Positions 1 through 9,530 of a stretch of 64,000 nucleotides of DNA are shown piece after piece (the first letter of the stretch is position 1; each line of letters starts with the position of its first letter). This DNA is from Candidatus Bathyarchaeota archaeon (GTDB taxonomy: Archaea; Thermoproteota; Bathyarchaeia; Bathyarchaeales; Bathycorpusculaceae): contig OY970280.1 in the NCBI GenBank assembly GCA_963715865.1, forward strand, positions 192,001-256,000. Direction: 5' to 3'. The position numbers and the translations under genes are program-made. Below the pieces are notes generated by a model. The model was not told where the DNA came from and did no database searches. It saw only the letters and a list, made by a program, of their open reading frames with translations.

Positions 1-8
1 AGGATGAC

Positions 9-263
9 GTGAACGCACTAATAAAGAAGAATCTTTTGGTTAGCAAACACATCCTGACGAGGGAAGATGCCGAAAAAGAATTTGATTTGACAAGGTTGCC
101 GTCTTCCGTGAGAAAAGTCAGAATCGTAGAAATCGAGGGTTTTGACAAAACACCATGCAAGGATCCGCATGTCGAAAACACAGGCGAGATTGGCTATTTT
201 GCAATTCTTACGGTGGAAAGGGTTGGGAAAGACCGTTACAGATTTGTTTTCGAAGTAAGATAA
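9..263 (+). CDS. AlaX-type tRNA editing protein (tRNA_SAD domain), C-terminal part; 5' end lies outside the window
   Basis: VRIVEIEGFDKTPCKDPHVENTGEIG resembles the AlaX/ThrRS editing motif C-x3-H-V-x-N-T-x-E-I-G. The frame is open to the window edge. Confidence 0.7.
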   Translation: MNALIKKNLLVSKHILTREDAEKEFDLTRLPSSVRKVRIVEIEGFDKTPCKDPHVENTGEIGYFAILTVERVGKDRYRFVFEVR

Positions 264-355
264 GAAAAAGTTTCTAAATTCACTTAGTTTTTAATTTTTT
301 CGATTAGCGGCGTATACTATCATCCTTTTTTCTCAAGCTGGATTATAATCTCGTT

Positions 356-868
356 CTAGATTATGTAACATTTCAAAACTCTTTGGAGGTTCTTGGGAGT
401 TTCCATTAATTGCCTTAGCATTTTCAGGACCTCAGGTTGAAGTCGGCAAATATCCTGCAGATTTATCAAGCCAATCAAGCGGTTGTCATTGATAACAGGA
501 AGGTTCTTTATTTTTTTCTCAAACATAATGCGTGCAGCCTCCTCCAAATCCACGCTGGGTCCAATAGTCACCAAAGGGCTTGACATTATTTCCTTCAATT
601 TTGTCTCCACAGAGTTCTTATCCTCTACAACTATACGTTTCAGGATATCTCTCTCAGTAAGGATTCCTATTGCCTTTCCTTCGGCGGTTACAATTACTGC
701 ACTCACGCCTTCTTGAGCCATAATTTCTGCAGCTTTCTTAGCGGATACATTCTCGTCAAGAGTAATGACTTCCCTGGTCATAACATCTTCAGCTTTCATG
801 GGAATTACGAATTTTTCTTCCGCCCCATTTTCAGATTCATCCTCAGACACGAAATCACCATGACTCAA
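356..868 (-). CDS. Tandem CBS-domain protein
   Basis: AEDVMTREVITL...GILTERDI and LKEIMSSPLVTI...GLINLQDI are two CBS repeats. The start may be the ATG at 799. Confidence 0.85.
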   Translation of the reverse strand: MSHGDFVSEDESENGAEEKFVIPMKAEDVMTREVITLDENVSAKKAAEIMAQEGVSAVIVTAEGKAIGILTERDILKRIVVEDKNSVETKLKEIMSSPLVTIGPSVDLEEAARIMFEKKIKNLPVINDNRLIGLINLQDICRLQPEVLKMLRQLMETPKNLQRVLKCYII

Positions 869-1327
869 GCTGTTGACGGTTCTAGAATAAAAAACATCTC
901 ATGTTATCGCTTCTTTTTTAGTCCTCGCTTCCCTTATCAAACTCACAACATCCCCGCACGTGGGCTAGTAATTTTTCCTTATCGAACCCTCAGTCAGGTG
1001 GAGATGTCACCCGCAACTCCTCCTTTTTTTGATGATTTGGTGTGTCTTGAAGAGCATGCACACAATTACTAATTGCTTTTTTCCACCAAGAGTTTAATCG
1101 CTGTTGAAATCACAAAGAATCAATCTATTGAGGCCTAACTTGTCTGCAAGTATTGGAATACCTGTGCCTCTAAGTATGTCCCCTTTTGAAACAACTCGGA
1201 AAAAGATCGATAGATATGGCGCGAATTAGGGAAAATGCTCGATCACAGGCTTGGAAAATCAGCATTCCTTTGATGTGAATAACATATAAATAAAATCACA
1301 ACATGTTATTATTGGGGGTATTCTATC

Positions 1328-2842
1328 TTGCAGTCCAATCGGTTAATAGCCTACAACATCTTGGAGAAGAACATAATTAGGAATGGTTTTTGCACAGGTT
1401 GCGGAGCATGTGAAGCTGCCTGTCCAATGTCTGCTTTACATGTCGAAGATGAACAAGTAAAGCGACTTTACGATTGTTCAGAGAGCTTGGATCTCTGCAC
1501 GGTATGTTACGAAATCTGTCCACACTCAGAATTTTTGTTGCTGAGAAGCCTAGAAGCCGTTTCTGAAGCTCCTCTAAGAAGCGAAGCGTTAGGCTATTTT
1601 AGAAAAATCTTGCTTGCACAATCAAATGATCCAAAGATCAGGGAAAAGAGCCATGACGGTGCCGTTGTCACATCATTGCTCATGTTCGGATTAAATAACA
1701 AAATGTTTGATAGCGCGATAGTTTCTCCAACAGAGGATGCAAATCCTCTTAAACCCATACCTTCTGTCGTTTCGGTACCAGACGACATCTTCTCTTCAAT
1801 AGGCAGCAAGTTCTTTCCATCAGCCGTCGTTAAGGCTTATGGAGATGCGGTGCTTAGATTTGGGAAGAAAGAGATCGCTACGGTTGGAGTCCCATGCCAT
1901 ATTCTCGGTCTTCGCAAAATAGATGCATGGAAACACAAAATTAGCGGAAAATCAAAAATATCTATCGGGCTTTTCTGCTTCGGAACCTTTTCGTCGACCG
2001 GACTGTTTAGATATTTGACAGAAACTTACAAGGTGGCTCCTTCAGAAATCAGAAAAATGTACCTTTCTCACGATTTTATGGTGGAAACAGAGAAAGGCGT
2101 TATTGAAATCCCATTGTCAAGAATAATGCAGTATGTTCTGCCTAGTTGTAGAACATGCATTGATTTAACTTCCGAAGTCGCGGATATATCTATTGGGAGT
2201 GCATATCCGCTGAAGGACTGGTCTGTCGTGATAATTCGCACCAAATCGGGGGAGGACTTCTTTTTCGATGCCGTAGAAAAAGGCGTGATCAACACCAGGA
2301 GTATTGAACAGGAGCCGAAGGTATTCGAACGTGTCATCATAGCTGCGCTCAATAAGAGAACCGCGGGATTCGTGGAGGCGAGCAAGCTAGAAGAAGCCAA
2401 CAGTTTTACTCCGGTACGATTGCTGAGGGAGACAGACGAACTTGCTGGTGTAAAAGTGGAAGATATAATGACAAGGAGAATTAGGACGGTGCCAAGTGAC
2501 ATGACTGTCAGTCAACTCTTGGATTTAATGGCAGCTGAGACACATATCGGCTATCCAGTTGTCAATGAAAATGGTGAACTATCAGGCATAGTAACAATCG
2601 AGGAAGCGTCTAAAGTAGACAAAACTAACAGGTGGAAGACCTCCGTCGGAAGCATTGCGAGGCAGAATGTGGATGTTTGCTTTCCGGGAGAAACAGCATT
2701 GGATGCCTTCAAGAAAATGACCGCTCAAGAAACTGGAAGAGTGCTTGTTTTGGATCCTGCGGACCCGAAACAATTGATTGGAATAATTAGCAAGAGAGAC
2801 CTGATGCATGTATTGATAGAGCGAGCATGCAAAAAACGCTGA
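1328..2842 (+). CDS. Coenzyme F420 hydrogenase/dehydrogenase beta-subunit (FrhB/FdhB)-like protein with N-terminal 2x[4Fe-4S] and C-terminal CBS pair
   Basis: CTGCGACEAACP and CTVCYEICP ferredoxin motifs; DGAVVTSLL, VGVPCHI, IGLFCFGTF and CRTCIDLTSEVADISIG FrhB motifs; then VEDIMTRRIRTV...GIISKRDL CBS pair. Confidence 0.85.
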   Translation: MQSNRLIAYNILEKNIIRNGFCTGCGACEAACPMSALHVEDEQVKRLYDCSESLDLCTVCYEICPHSEFLLLRSLEAVSEAPLRSEALGYFRKILLAQSNDPKIREKSHDGAVVTSLLMFGLNNKMFDSAIVSPTEDANPLKPIPSVVSVPDDIFSSIGSKFFPSAVVKAYGDAVLRFGKKEIATVGVPCHILGLRKIDAWKHKISGKSKISIGLFCFGTFSSTGLFRYLTETYKVAPSEIRKMYLSHDFMVETEKGVIEIPLSRIMQYVLPSCRTCIDLTSEVADISIGSAYPLKDWSVVIIRTKSGEDFFFDAVEKGVINTRSIEQEPKVFERVIIAALNKRTAGFVEASKLEEANSFTPVRLLRETDELAGVKVEDIMTRRIRTVPSDMTVSQLLDLMAAETHIGYPVVNENGELSGIVTIEEASKVDKTNRWKTSVGSIARQNVDVCFPGETALDAFKKMTAQETGRVLVLDPADPKQLIGIISKRDLMHVLIERACKKR

Positions 2843-3069
2843 GATAACGCCCGGGGAATATAAGTAGCATAGAACACAAGTTTGTCAGTCATTTTTCATT
2901 TGATAAAACCAATCACAGCGATAGAATAAGGAACAATTCTTTCTTGCTATTCTATCGATAGTGCTGTAAATTTGCGATTTCAATGGGAACAAAACCTTTA
3001 GAAAACGCAAATGACAACTGCCACGAAAATTTCTTTGAGTACTTGGGTGTTGAGTTGGTGATGTTGAAG

Positions 3070-3094
3070 TGGACCAGAGGGGATTTGAACCCTC
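3070..3094 (-). repeat. Isolated tRNA 3'-half relic (tRNA-Ala-like), possible old att site
   Basis: Reverse complement GAGGGTTCAAATCCCCTCTGGTCCA is a T-loop plus acceptor 3' strand CTGGTCC-A, with U70 as in tRNA-Ala. There is no D arm or anticodon arm. Confidence 0.5.
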
Positions 3095-3274
3095 ACCACA
3101 GTGGAGATGCACCCGCAAACCCCTCTTTTTTCTTTTTTAATAGTTACTGAAAAAGAGCAAAAAGAGATAATGAAATGGCCTACTTTAGATTTATGCTATC
3201 ATTGGACGCTGCAAACGTGCCGGTCTCGTTAAAAAAATGTTAAATATTTTGACGAGAAAGAGAATGTGTTGATT

Positions 3275-3643
3275 ATGCCCTGCAGAAATAAACATGAAGA
3301 GTTTGGTAGATTCCTAGCTAAAAAGGGCGTTCTTCTTCCTGATGGACGATATGGCTAAGTTCACACCTTCATGGATCGAGGTACTGAAACGTTTGGTGGG
3401 AAGCATCGCGAGTATGACCCATATCACAAAGAAAAAGGGCTACGGCAATGGCTTAATGGGAAGTACAATGTCATTGGGCAAGACCTTGCAACAGATTGGT
3501 TACGTGCGGGTCTTGGACATATTTGCCTTGACGAAGTCGAAAGTTATCTGAAAAAGAGCTATTCGTGGGAAGAGGTGTTCGATTCTGCCTATCGATCAAT
3601 GGCTCAAAGAAGGTGGAAGAAGAAACACTTCGTGCCGAAGTAA
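3275..3643 (+). pseudogene. Small His-rich putative metal-binding protein interrupted by an in-frame TAA at 3356-3358
   Basis: ATG at 3275 reads MPCRNKHEEFGRFLAKKGVLLPDGRYG*VHTFMDRGTETFGGKHREYDPYH...GLGHICLDEVES, in frame with the 3371 ORF. Confidence 0.5.
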
Positions 3644-4400
3644 ATAAGCGCATGAGAAAAGTACGAGGAATACGAGAAGAACAAAAGAGATAACGAGAAA
3701 GAGAAGCGGCATGCTCATGTTAACTCGTATTCTTTGCGCGCATTTTCCATAACCCTTCTAAAAGCGGCGATCCTGCTCGCGTATGCTTCAATCACATACG
3801 CACCGGGTCTATTATTCAATCCTGTTCACCTCGATGGGGCTCAATTTTCACTCGCCGACAAAGGGTACTCATGTCCTCTTAAGGGCAGGCTCCATTAACG
3901 CTTTGTTAAGAGCAACTTAACTAATTGTTAAGAAAAAGGTATAGGGCGGTAGGTACTTTTTTTACGGCGGGCTTCCCGGGAACCGGCGATACATAGCCCG
4001 TCTGACAAATTTGACAAAGTTCCCAAAATTCCGCCTACTGCAGCATAAAAACCGATCCAATACCCAAAAACAGCCATAGCTGCAATTCCTTTGAATACTG
4101 CAGGTAAACCGCTTGCAGCGTAAAATGATCGACCAAAAAATAAGCCTGCGAAGATGCCAGTTAAGATGGTACTAAGAACGCCTCCAAATAAACTGTGGCG
4201 AACCTCGCGCGCTTATGCAACAGGCTGGCGTGCTCAGCGTTAGATATCACTAAACACACTGTCAACATGCTTTAATGTTTTTTCTGACAACAAGAGCGAT
4301 TATGACTTTCCGTTTCGATATTTCGCGACATTACCATTATGGCGGAGTTGGCTTTAATAGGTTCCTTTCGCATCTGCGATGTACTCAAGAGGTCTCTTAA

Positions 4401-5042
4401 ACGTTCGCAATTGGCCACTTTGCCTTGGGATACATAACGGGAAAAGGCTCTTCAAAACTTGCCAAAGTCAAAGTGAACCTGCCGCTACTGTTTGCAGCTT
4501 CAGTTCTTCCAGACGTTGATCTGCTAATGCGTTTCCTTATGCACCGGGGACCTACACACTCATTAATCACTATAACCGTGCTAATGATTCCGTTTTTTAT
4601 CGTTTATCGCAAACAAGCCATCCCGTATTACGCGGCTTTGCTTTCTCACATTCTCATAGGCGATTTTTTCACCGGAGGAGTCCAGCTGTTCTGGCCTCTG
4701 TCTCAAGCCCGGTTCGGAGCTCTAAACATTGACGTAACTAGCCTAACTAACGTCATTGCGGAGCTTGTCCTTTTCTTTTTAACGTTGCCGATCATGTACA
4801 AGCTGGGCGATCTGCAGACTCTTTTGAAGCCGCACAACAAGAACTGGGTTCTAATAATCCCGTTAGGCGCGGTTCTCGGACCTTTGCTCGCGGTTGGTCG
4901 AGGCCAAGAATCTACTCTTCCAACCCTACTTGCGGTTCCAAGCCTGTTCTATATAGGTCTGTTTGCTTATTCCATGTTTGTTGAACTTAGAGCTGAGCAC
5001 AATCAGGACGCAGACAAGCTACAACCTAGCAATACCTCTTAA
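4401..5042 (+). CDS. YdjM-family membrane-bound metal-dependent hydrolase
   Basis: SVLPDVDL, HRGPTHSL, LSHILIGDFFT and LFWPL motifs with hydrophobic helices. The conserved-looking N-terminus FAIGHFALGY starts at 4404 after an ACG codon; the ORF track start is TTG 4425. Confidence 0.75.
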   Translation, partial: TFAIGHFALGYITGKGSSKLAKVKVNLPLLFAASVLPDVDLLMRFLMHRGPTHSLITITVLMIPFFIVYRKQAIPYYAALLSHILIGDFFTGGVQLFWPLSQARFGALNIDVTSLTNVIAELVLFFLTLPIMYKLGDLQTLLKPHNKNWVLIIPLGAVLGPLLAVGRGQESTLPTLLAVPSLFYIGLFAYSMFVELRAEHNQDADKLQPSNTS

Positions 5043-5115
5043 TGCGTATTCCCCAGTTTTGCAACTCCAGACGGCTATTGTAGTTTTCGACATAATCCAA
5101 GAACTCTTCTTTCAT
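5026..5115 (-). pseudogene. 5' relic of HepT/DUF86 (HEPN) toxin gene
   Basis: ATGA overlap with the MNT stop codon. Reads MKEEFLDYVEN, like a DUF86 N-terminus, then diverges and stops after 29 codons. Confidence 0.5.
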
Positions 5116-5420
5116 ATTTGTACAACTTCTTCCAAGACATGCTTTCCAATTCTTGGTTTAAGAGTATGTTTTTCCACTAAATCTACCTTGGTTCCCAAAA
5201 CATCACTCAGGTAATTTTCCACTCTGATGAAATCAAGCAGGCTTAAGTTTGCTGTTTCTTCAAACTCCACCAAGATGTCAAGGTCACTTTGTTTTTTCTG
5301 TTCGCCTCTAACGTAGGAACCAAAAACGCCTATTTCTTTAACTTTGTATTTTTTACTCAACTCATCCCTGTGCTTGGCTATAGCGTTTTTTATCTCATCT
5401 AAAGTTTTCATGTTGCTCAC
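5112..5420 (-). CDS. Minimal nucleotidyltransferase (MNT) antitoxin
   Basis: IGVFGSYVRGEQKKQSDLDILVEF matches GS-x10-DxD; about 100 aa. Confidence 0.9.
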   Translation of the reverse strand: MSNMKTLDEIKNAIAKHRDELSKKYKVKEIGVFGSYVRGEQKKQSDLDILVEFEETANLSLLDFIRVENYLSDVLGTKVDLVEKHTLKPRIGKHVLEEVVQI

Positions 5421-5460
5421 TTCTAAATTGGCAGTTTAAAAGTTAAGCTTTGTCATTTAA

Positions 5461-5512
5461 GGTTCTGAAAGATTTTGGTGGGGTGGCCGAGATTTAAACC
5501 CAAACGGGTTCA
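5461..5512 (-). repeat. Degenerate att-like site: tRNA 3' end with CCA fused to a hairpin
   Basis: Reverse complement of 5476-5501, GGGTTTAAATCTCGGCCACCCCACCA, matches 20/26 to the tRNA-Pro 3' end (39425-39450). The flank TCTTT..TCAGAACC also resembles the tRNA-Pro flank. Same orientation as the tRNA. Confidence 0.6.
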
Positions 5513-5588
5513 AGCCGCGTTTTCAGAAAAGCGAATTTCCCTTCTAAATTATATACAGAAGGAGGTATGGCAGAAACCGCGGAACTGG

Positions 5589-5623
5589 AGATCCTTGAAC
5601 CCAAAAGGGTTCAAAACCTTATT
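5589..5623 (+). repeat. 35-bp perfect inverted repeat, left copy (partner at 27231-27265), with internal hairpin TTGAACCC-AAAA-GGGTTCAA
   Basis: agatccttgaacccaaaagggttcaaaaccttatt is the exact reverse complement of 27231-27265. Confidence 0.9.
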
Positions 5624-6275
5624 CAAATGAAAAGGATAATCTTCTCGTCTCAAATAGGAGCGGGCGGAAAAGAAGACTGACAACTCTGCTAATAAAATGT
5701 TAAGAATTATCCTCCAAAAGCGGGTCCGATGGGATGCGCTTAAAGTATTAAGCGAATCCTAAACGCATCCAATTTTGAGATACATCGAACGGTTATTCTG
5801 TGCCACCAACTCAGATTAAAATTTGGTTTTCGTGGTCCTCGTTTATGTGCCATGCTATAATGCCGCACTCCGCAACTTTTGGATGAAGGGGGCGAACAAG
5901 AGAAGGAGCTTAAGAGCAAGTGCTCGCCTAAATTTCAGCGCAGAAGATATAGCATCGCACTTAAAAAACTACAGATAATACAATTTTGATGTTGAGAGAT
6001 ATTTTTTTAGAAACCGACTTTGTACCATCCTTCGCTGACTCGTAGAAGAAAGTGAGGTGCATATGAAAGTTCCAACGTGAGCTTCAGAGAATTGATCAAG
6101 AAGCAATGAAAGAAAAGAGGTCGCGAAGTGAAGGGATAGAACTTCATTTTGGGACCATTTTTCTTTAACACAGTGAATCCGATTGAACTAAGCAGAGGAA
6201 ATTAGATTCTCAATAATTGTAGCCAACCAGCAAAGACGACCGCAATTGATCCATTAGAAAATAGAGATCCAAGGA

Positions 6276-6773
6276 TTATTTGGGAACTGTATATAACTTG
6301 TTTCGAGCCATCATTATAGTCTTGCTTGCTCTCTTTTCCCATGAAGACACAAGAATTAACCTTATTACATAAGCTGTAAAAGTAGCGGAAATAACAAAGG
6401 TAATTAAACTATTACCTAAAACAACTGAATTATAATAGAACACAAAAAAAGAGCAAACGAGAAATACTGCCAAACCCAAAAACAAGGCATAGTACATTTT
6501 CCTTAATCCAAGTCCTTTGAATTCAATCTTTTCTGCCAATATTCTTAGTTGTTGTTTAGTATACCAATATCCACCAATTAATCCAAATGTCAAGCCTAAA
6601 AACATACCCAAAACAGACATTTGTATTAAAAATGGGTTAATAGCATTAAATATCGGAATATCAATAAGCAGAAATGCCGTCCCTAAAAAGATTAGGGAAA
6701 TTAGGATTAAGCCGATAAGAGTTGCATCAAACAGTCTTATCGCCACTGTAATCCATCTCCTAAGAAGGCGCAA
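6276..6773 (-). CDS. Hypothetical multi-pass membrane protein
   Basis: About four hydrophobic segments; overlaps the upstream gene, consistent with an operon. Confidence 0.6.
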   Translation of the reverse strand: MRLLRRWITVAIRLFDATLIGLILISLIFLGTAFLLIDIPIFNAINPFLIQMSVLGMFLGLTFGLIGGYWYTKQQLRILAEKIEFKGLGLRKMYYALFLGLAVFLVCSFFVFYYNSVVLGNSLITFVISATFTAYVIRLILVSSWEKRASKTIMMARNKLYTVPK

Positions 6774-7698
6774 TATGCTCTATGAGCGTCATGTCCATAT
6801 TCGTACTCATTCCGTAGTTCAGTGTTGCCGATTGCATCGAAACCGTTTCTTGCATGCTTGATTTTATCTGCCGCATTGTTCCATATTCAATGTACATTTG
6901 GGAGTTCATATCTAAGCTAATTGTGATATTGGCTGGTGTAAAGTTGCTTAAGCTGCCCATTGGCGAGTTGTAGTTCATCTTTAGATTGTTACTAGTTATG
7001 TCGATTCTAAATACCTTGAATGTTCCTGCGGGAACCGTAAGGTCTTGTATGCCTTTGAAGGTCATCGTTAAGTCTCCGGTTATCCCAATGCTTGAATTGC
7101 CACTGGGAAAGGGAACCTCAACTGAGTCTCCAACTTTGACCTCTGGCTTGCTTAATAGTTGTGCAAGATAAGAGGTACTTGTAACGCCATCGTTAGGTAT
7201 CTCTTGTTGTGTACTTCCAAGGTTAAGCAGATACGCTGAATACCCTGTCTTATTCATCTTTTCAGTTAATGAGATGCTTAACGGTTTGCTGTTCGTGCTC
7301 AAAGTCATTGTGTGGTTTAAAGTATAGTATTCACCGTCGAAACCAGTTACTTCGATTGTTTGCTGCATGTTTATACTTGTATTATTTGGAAATTGAGAAG
7401 TTATCCCTGTTGGCAAAGCCGAATTACCATATTGAAAAGAACTGGTCATTGTAGCATCATAAACCATCTTCTCTCCAACGGTATAGTTGACGTTAAGTGG
7501 TATTGAAGCGGCTCCCTGCGGAATCAGCAGAGTGACCGCAAGTATCAAAATTGCAATAATTGCAAATATCATAAAGTAGATTTTTCTTCCAGATAATCGA
7601 CGTTTCGGAGCCGATGATGTCTTTTCCTGTCCTATTGATGAAGGTGATTCCCAAGAACCTTCAGACAATTTAACTTTGAAGTTTTTCATATCACTCAC
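6760..7698 (-). CDS. Membrane-anchored S/T/N-rich extracellular protein
   Basis: Single TM helix IYFMIFAIIAILILAVTLLI followed by a beta-rich region (TVPAGTFKVFRID) with many N-x-S/T sites. Confidence 0.7.
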   Translation of the reverse strand: MSDMKNFKVKLSEGSWESPSSIGQEKTSSAPKRRLSGRKIYFMIFAIIAILILAVTLLIPQGAASIPLNVNYTVGEKMVYDATMTSSFQYGNSALPTGITSQFPNNTSINMQQTIEVTGFDGEYYTLNHTMTLSTNSKPLSISLTEKMNKTGYSAYLLNLGSTQQEIPNDGVTSTSYLAQLLSKPEVKVGDSVEVPFPSGNSSIGITGDLTMTFKGIQDLTVPAGTFKVFRIDITSNNLKMNYNSPMGSLSNFTPANITISLDMNSQMYIEYGTMRQIKSSMQETVSMQSATLNYGMSTNMDMTLIEHIAPS

Positions 7699-7726
7699 CG
7701 CTAATTCTATAGTAGCCTACAGCTTT

Positions 7727-7766
7727 TAGCTCTAATCATAGAACACTTTGTTCTACTGATAGAACG
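7727..7766. promoter_or_regulatory. Putative operator, copy 1 (TAGAAC-N5-GTTCTA plus extra TAGAAC)
   Basis: 34/40 identical to 9491-9530. Both copies lie just upstream of minus-strand start codons. Confidence 0.65.
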
Positions 7767-7769
7767 GAC

Positions 7770-8279
7770 TTAAGGTTGTGGTTTTTCCACAGCTATCTTT
7801 TTTTTGCTGCTGTCATTCTGAGTTTTCTTGCGAAGCCACATACCTTCGCTAAGAAACAGCACCATCGCAATGGCGGTAGGTCCCATCAAGTAAAAAAGAT
7901 ACAACCCTGGAGTTTGGCCGTTTTGAAATAATGGAATGACAATTGCTAATACTTCCACGATGAGTATGCCGATGAAAAAGAATGCGTAGAAGATTAGCCT
8001 GGGAACGAGTGTTTTTCCCACCCACAAATGGCCACTGATGTTTATTTTTTCCTTAACTGTATATTCGCCATATTCATTCTTGGCGATTAAACCCAGCGAC
8101 TCCAGTTTTTGAAGATGCCAATAAGCAACGCTTGGGCTACTAAGATTTGCAAGCCGCATGGTTTCACGTGGACCTAGCGGTTTACCTTCCTTCACCATAC
8201 ACGAATATACGTTTAGGGTTGTACCTTCAAGTTCTTCTCCGTTTGTCAATTTATGGCTCCTCTTTGATGAAAGCTTCAA
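7770..8279 (-). CDS. Membrane-tethered winged-helix transcription regulator
   Basis: N-terminal wHTH (LGPRETMRLANLSSPSVAYWHLQKLESLGLIAK) followed by two TM helices. Confidence 0.75.
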   Translation of the reverse strand: MKLSSKRSHKLTNGEELEGTTLNVYSCMVKEGKPLGPRETMRLANLSSPSVAYWHLQKLESLGLIAKNEYGEYTVKEKINISGHLWVGKTLVPRLIFYAFFFIGILIVEVLAIVIPLFQNGQTPGLYLFYLMGPTAIAMVLFLSEGMWLRKKTQNDSSKKKIAVEKPQP

Positions 8280-9453
8280 TACCGTTTGGGGAGAGCTGGA
8301 ATGTTTGGTTGCCTGAGAGAACAGCGTTGTATATGTATCCGTTGGGCGTAATTTGTAGTTGCACTGTGTTCAGCCATGTGGCAGTTGCAAGAGTGTTGTA
8401 ATAAACTCCATTGACTGGCATGTTATTAATGAAACTGGTTATTGATCCATACAGAGATATACTCCCGTTTTCAAGAGAAGCGAGTGTGCTGTTTGTGCCC
8501 TCAGCGTTATTGTAAGACTGCATGCCCGTGAATGCGATAAGTTTAGATTGATGCGGTTCCCAAATGTAGCTAAACCCGGTTCCGCCAGACCATCTAAGTG
8601 TTGGACCGTTGGAGTTATACATGTGCCAATCAGGAAATGAGGTTACTGGACCGATACTGGCATTCATATTCTGGTAGATTGGAGTGCCTGAGGCTAGTAC
8701 TTGGTCTACGAGTGTATTGCTTGCTAGAACCATCGGTTGCGGGGTACCAGGTTGTACTCTGCCTGTTACATCTACCCATGCACCGTTAATGTAAATTTGC
8801 GTCTCGGACATTTTGGTAGGGTCATAAGATTCGCCTATCGGAACGCCCTCTATCCAGGTGCCTTCACTGGTTGCGTTTTCAGGCAAATCAGGAATAGACG
8901 ACAAGGTTCTATGCTGCGGAGTCATTATTTGAAAGACGTTGTCAGGGTAGTTCTTTCCTGGAATCCAGGTTGTGTTTACCCATTTGTTGTCCAGCCATAC
9001 TCCGTCTATAACGCCGCCAAAACTAACGCCTGGATCTTTAGCGTAGCCTCGGTTGAAGGATTCTCCACCTAATGCTGAATTGACTATGTTTATGTTTTGG
9101 GCAGCTGCAAAACCCATCTCATGCATTTTAGCGCTTAAATCCGATAGATTGGTTACATTAGCTATAACCAAGTAAGTGACGTTTGTGAATGGAATAAATT
9201 CGGTAACGTTCATCGACGAGTAGTTGCCAGTTATAGGGTCTTCAACCCATTTTTGTACCGTCTGGTTTTGAGACCACTCAATAACTGTCAAATTAGCGTA
9301 TAAGATATTAATGCTAAAGTCTGCTTTCGGTCCTTCACTGACGTGCGGGTAAGGTTTAACGTCCAAAGGCACTATGAGCATTGGCGCGGCAAATGCTGTT
9401 CCGCTTAACAAGGCTAATACAGCAACGGCGATAAGTTTGTACTTAAAGTCCAT
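8251..9453 (-). CDS. Secreted/surface protein of unknown function
   Basis: Signal-peptide-like N-terminus (KYKLIAVAVLALLSGTAFA); N/T/G/W-rich with many sequons. Confidence 0.7.
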   Translation of the reverse strand: MDFKYKLIAVAVLALLSGTAFAAPMLIVPLDVKPYPHVSEGPKADFSINILYANLTVIEWSQNQTVQKWVEDPITGNYSSMNVTEFIPFTNVTYLVIANVTNLSDLSAKMHEMGFAAAQNINIVNSALGGESFNRGYAKDPGVSFGGVIDGVWLDNKWVNTTWIPGKNYPDNVFQIMTPQHRTLSSIPDLPENATSEGTWIEGVPIGESYDPTKMSETQIYINGAWVDVTGRVQPGTPQPMVLASNTLVDQVLASGTPIYQNMNASIGPVTSFPDWHMYNSNGPTLRWSGGTGFSYIWEPHQSKLIAFTGMQSYNNAEGTNSTLASLENGSISLYGSITSFINNMPVNGVYYNTLATATWLNTVQLQITPNGYIYNAVLSGNQTFQLSPNGIEAFIKEEP

Positions 9454-9490
9454 ATGTTGTCACTGCAAATATTGTTTTGTTGGTGCTTAT

Positions 9491-9530
9491 TAGCTCTGGT
9501 CATAGAACGTTTTGTTCTATAGATAGAACG
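9491..9530. promoter_or_regulatory. Putative operator, copy 2
   Basis: tagctctggtcatagaacgttttgttctatagatagaacg; 34/40 identical to 7727-7766. Confidence 0.65.

Noticed and set aside
9-263. Unusual AlaX editing motif (CKDPH instead of CGGTH) as a novelty
   Set aside because: The Zn-ligand Cys/His spacing is retained and the gene is incomplete in this window; not enough to claim a new function.
3070-3120. Functional tRNA gene
   Set aside because: Only the T-loop and 3' acceptor strand are present, with a T-stem mismatch; no D or anticodon arm.
3356-3358. Selenocysteine/pyrrolysine readthrough
   Set aside because: The stop is TAA, which is not recoded by Sec (TGA) or Pyl (TAG) systems.
3940-4210. 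Minus-strand membrane-protein-like open frame (HSLFGGVLSTILTG...)
   Set aside because: No start codon and no recognisable family; at most a fragment.
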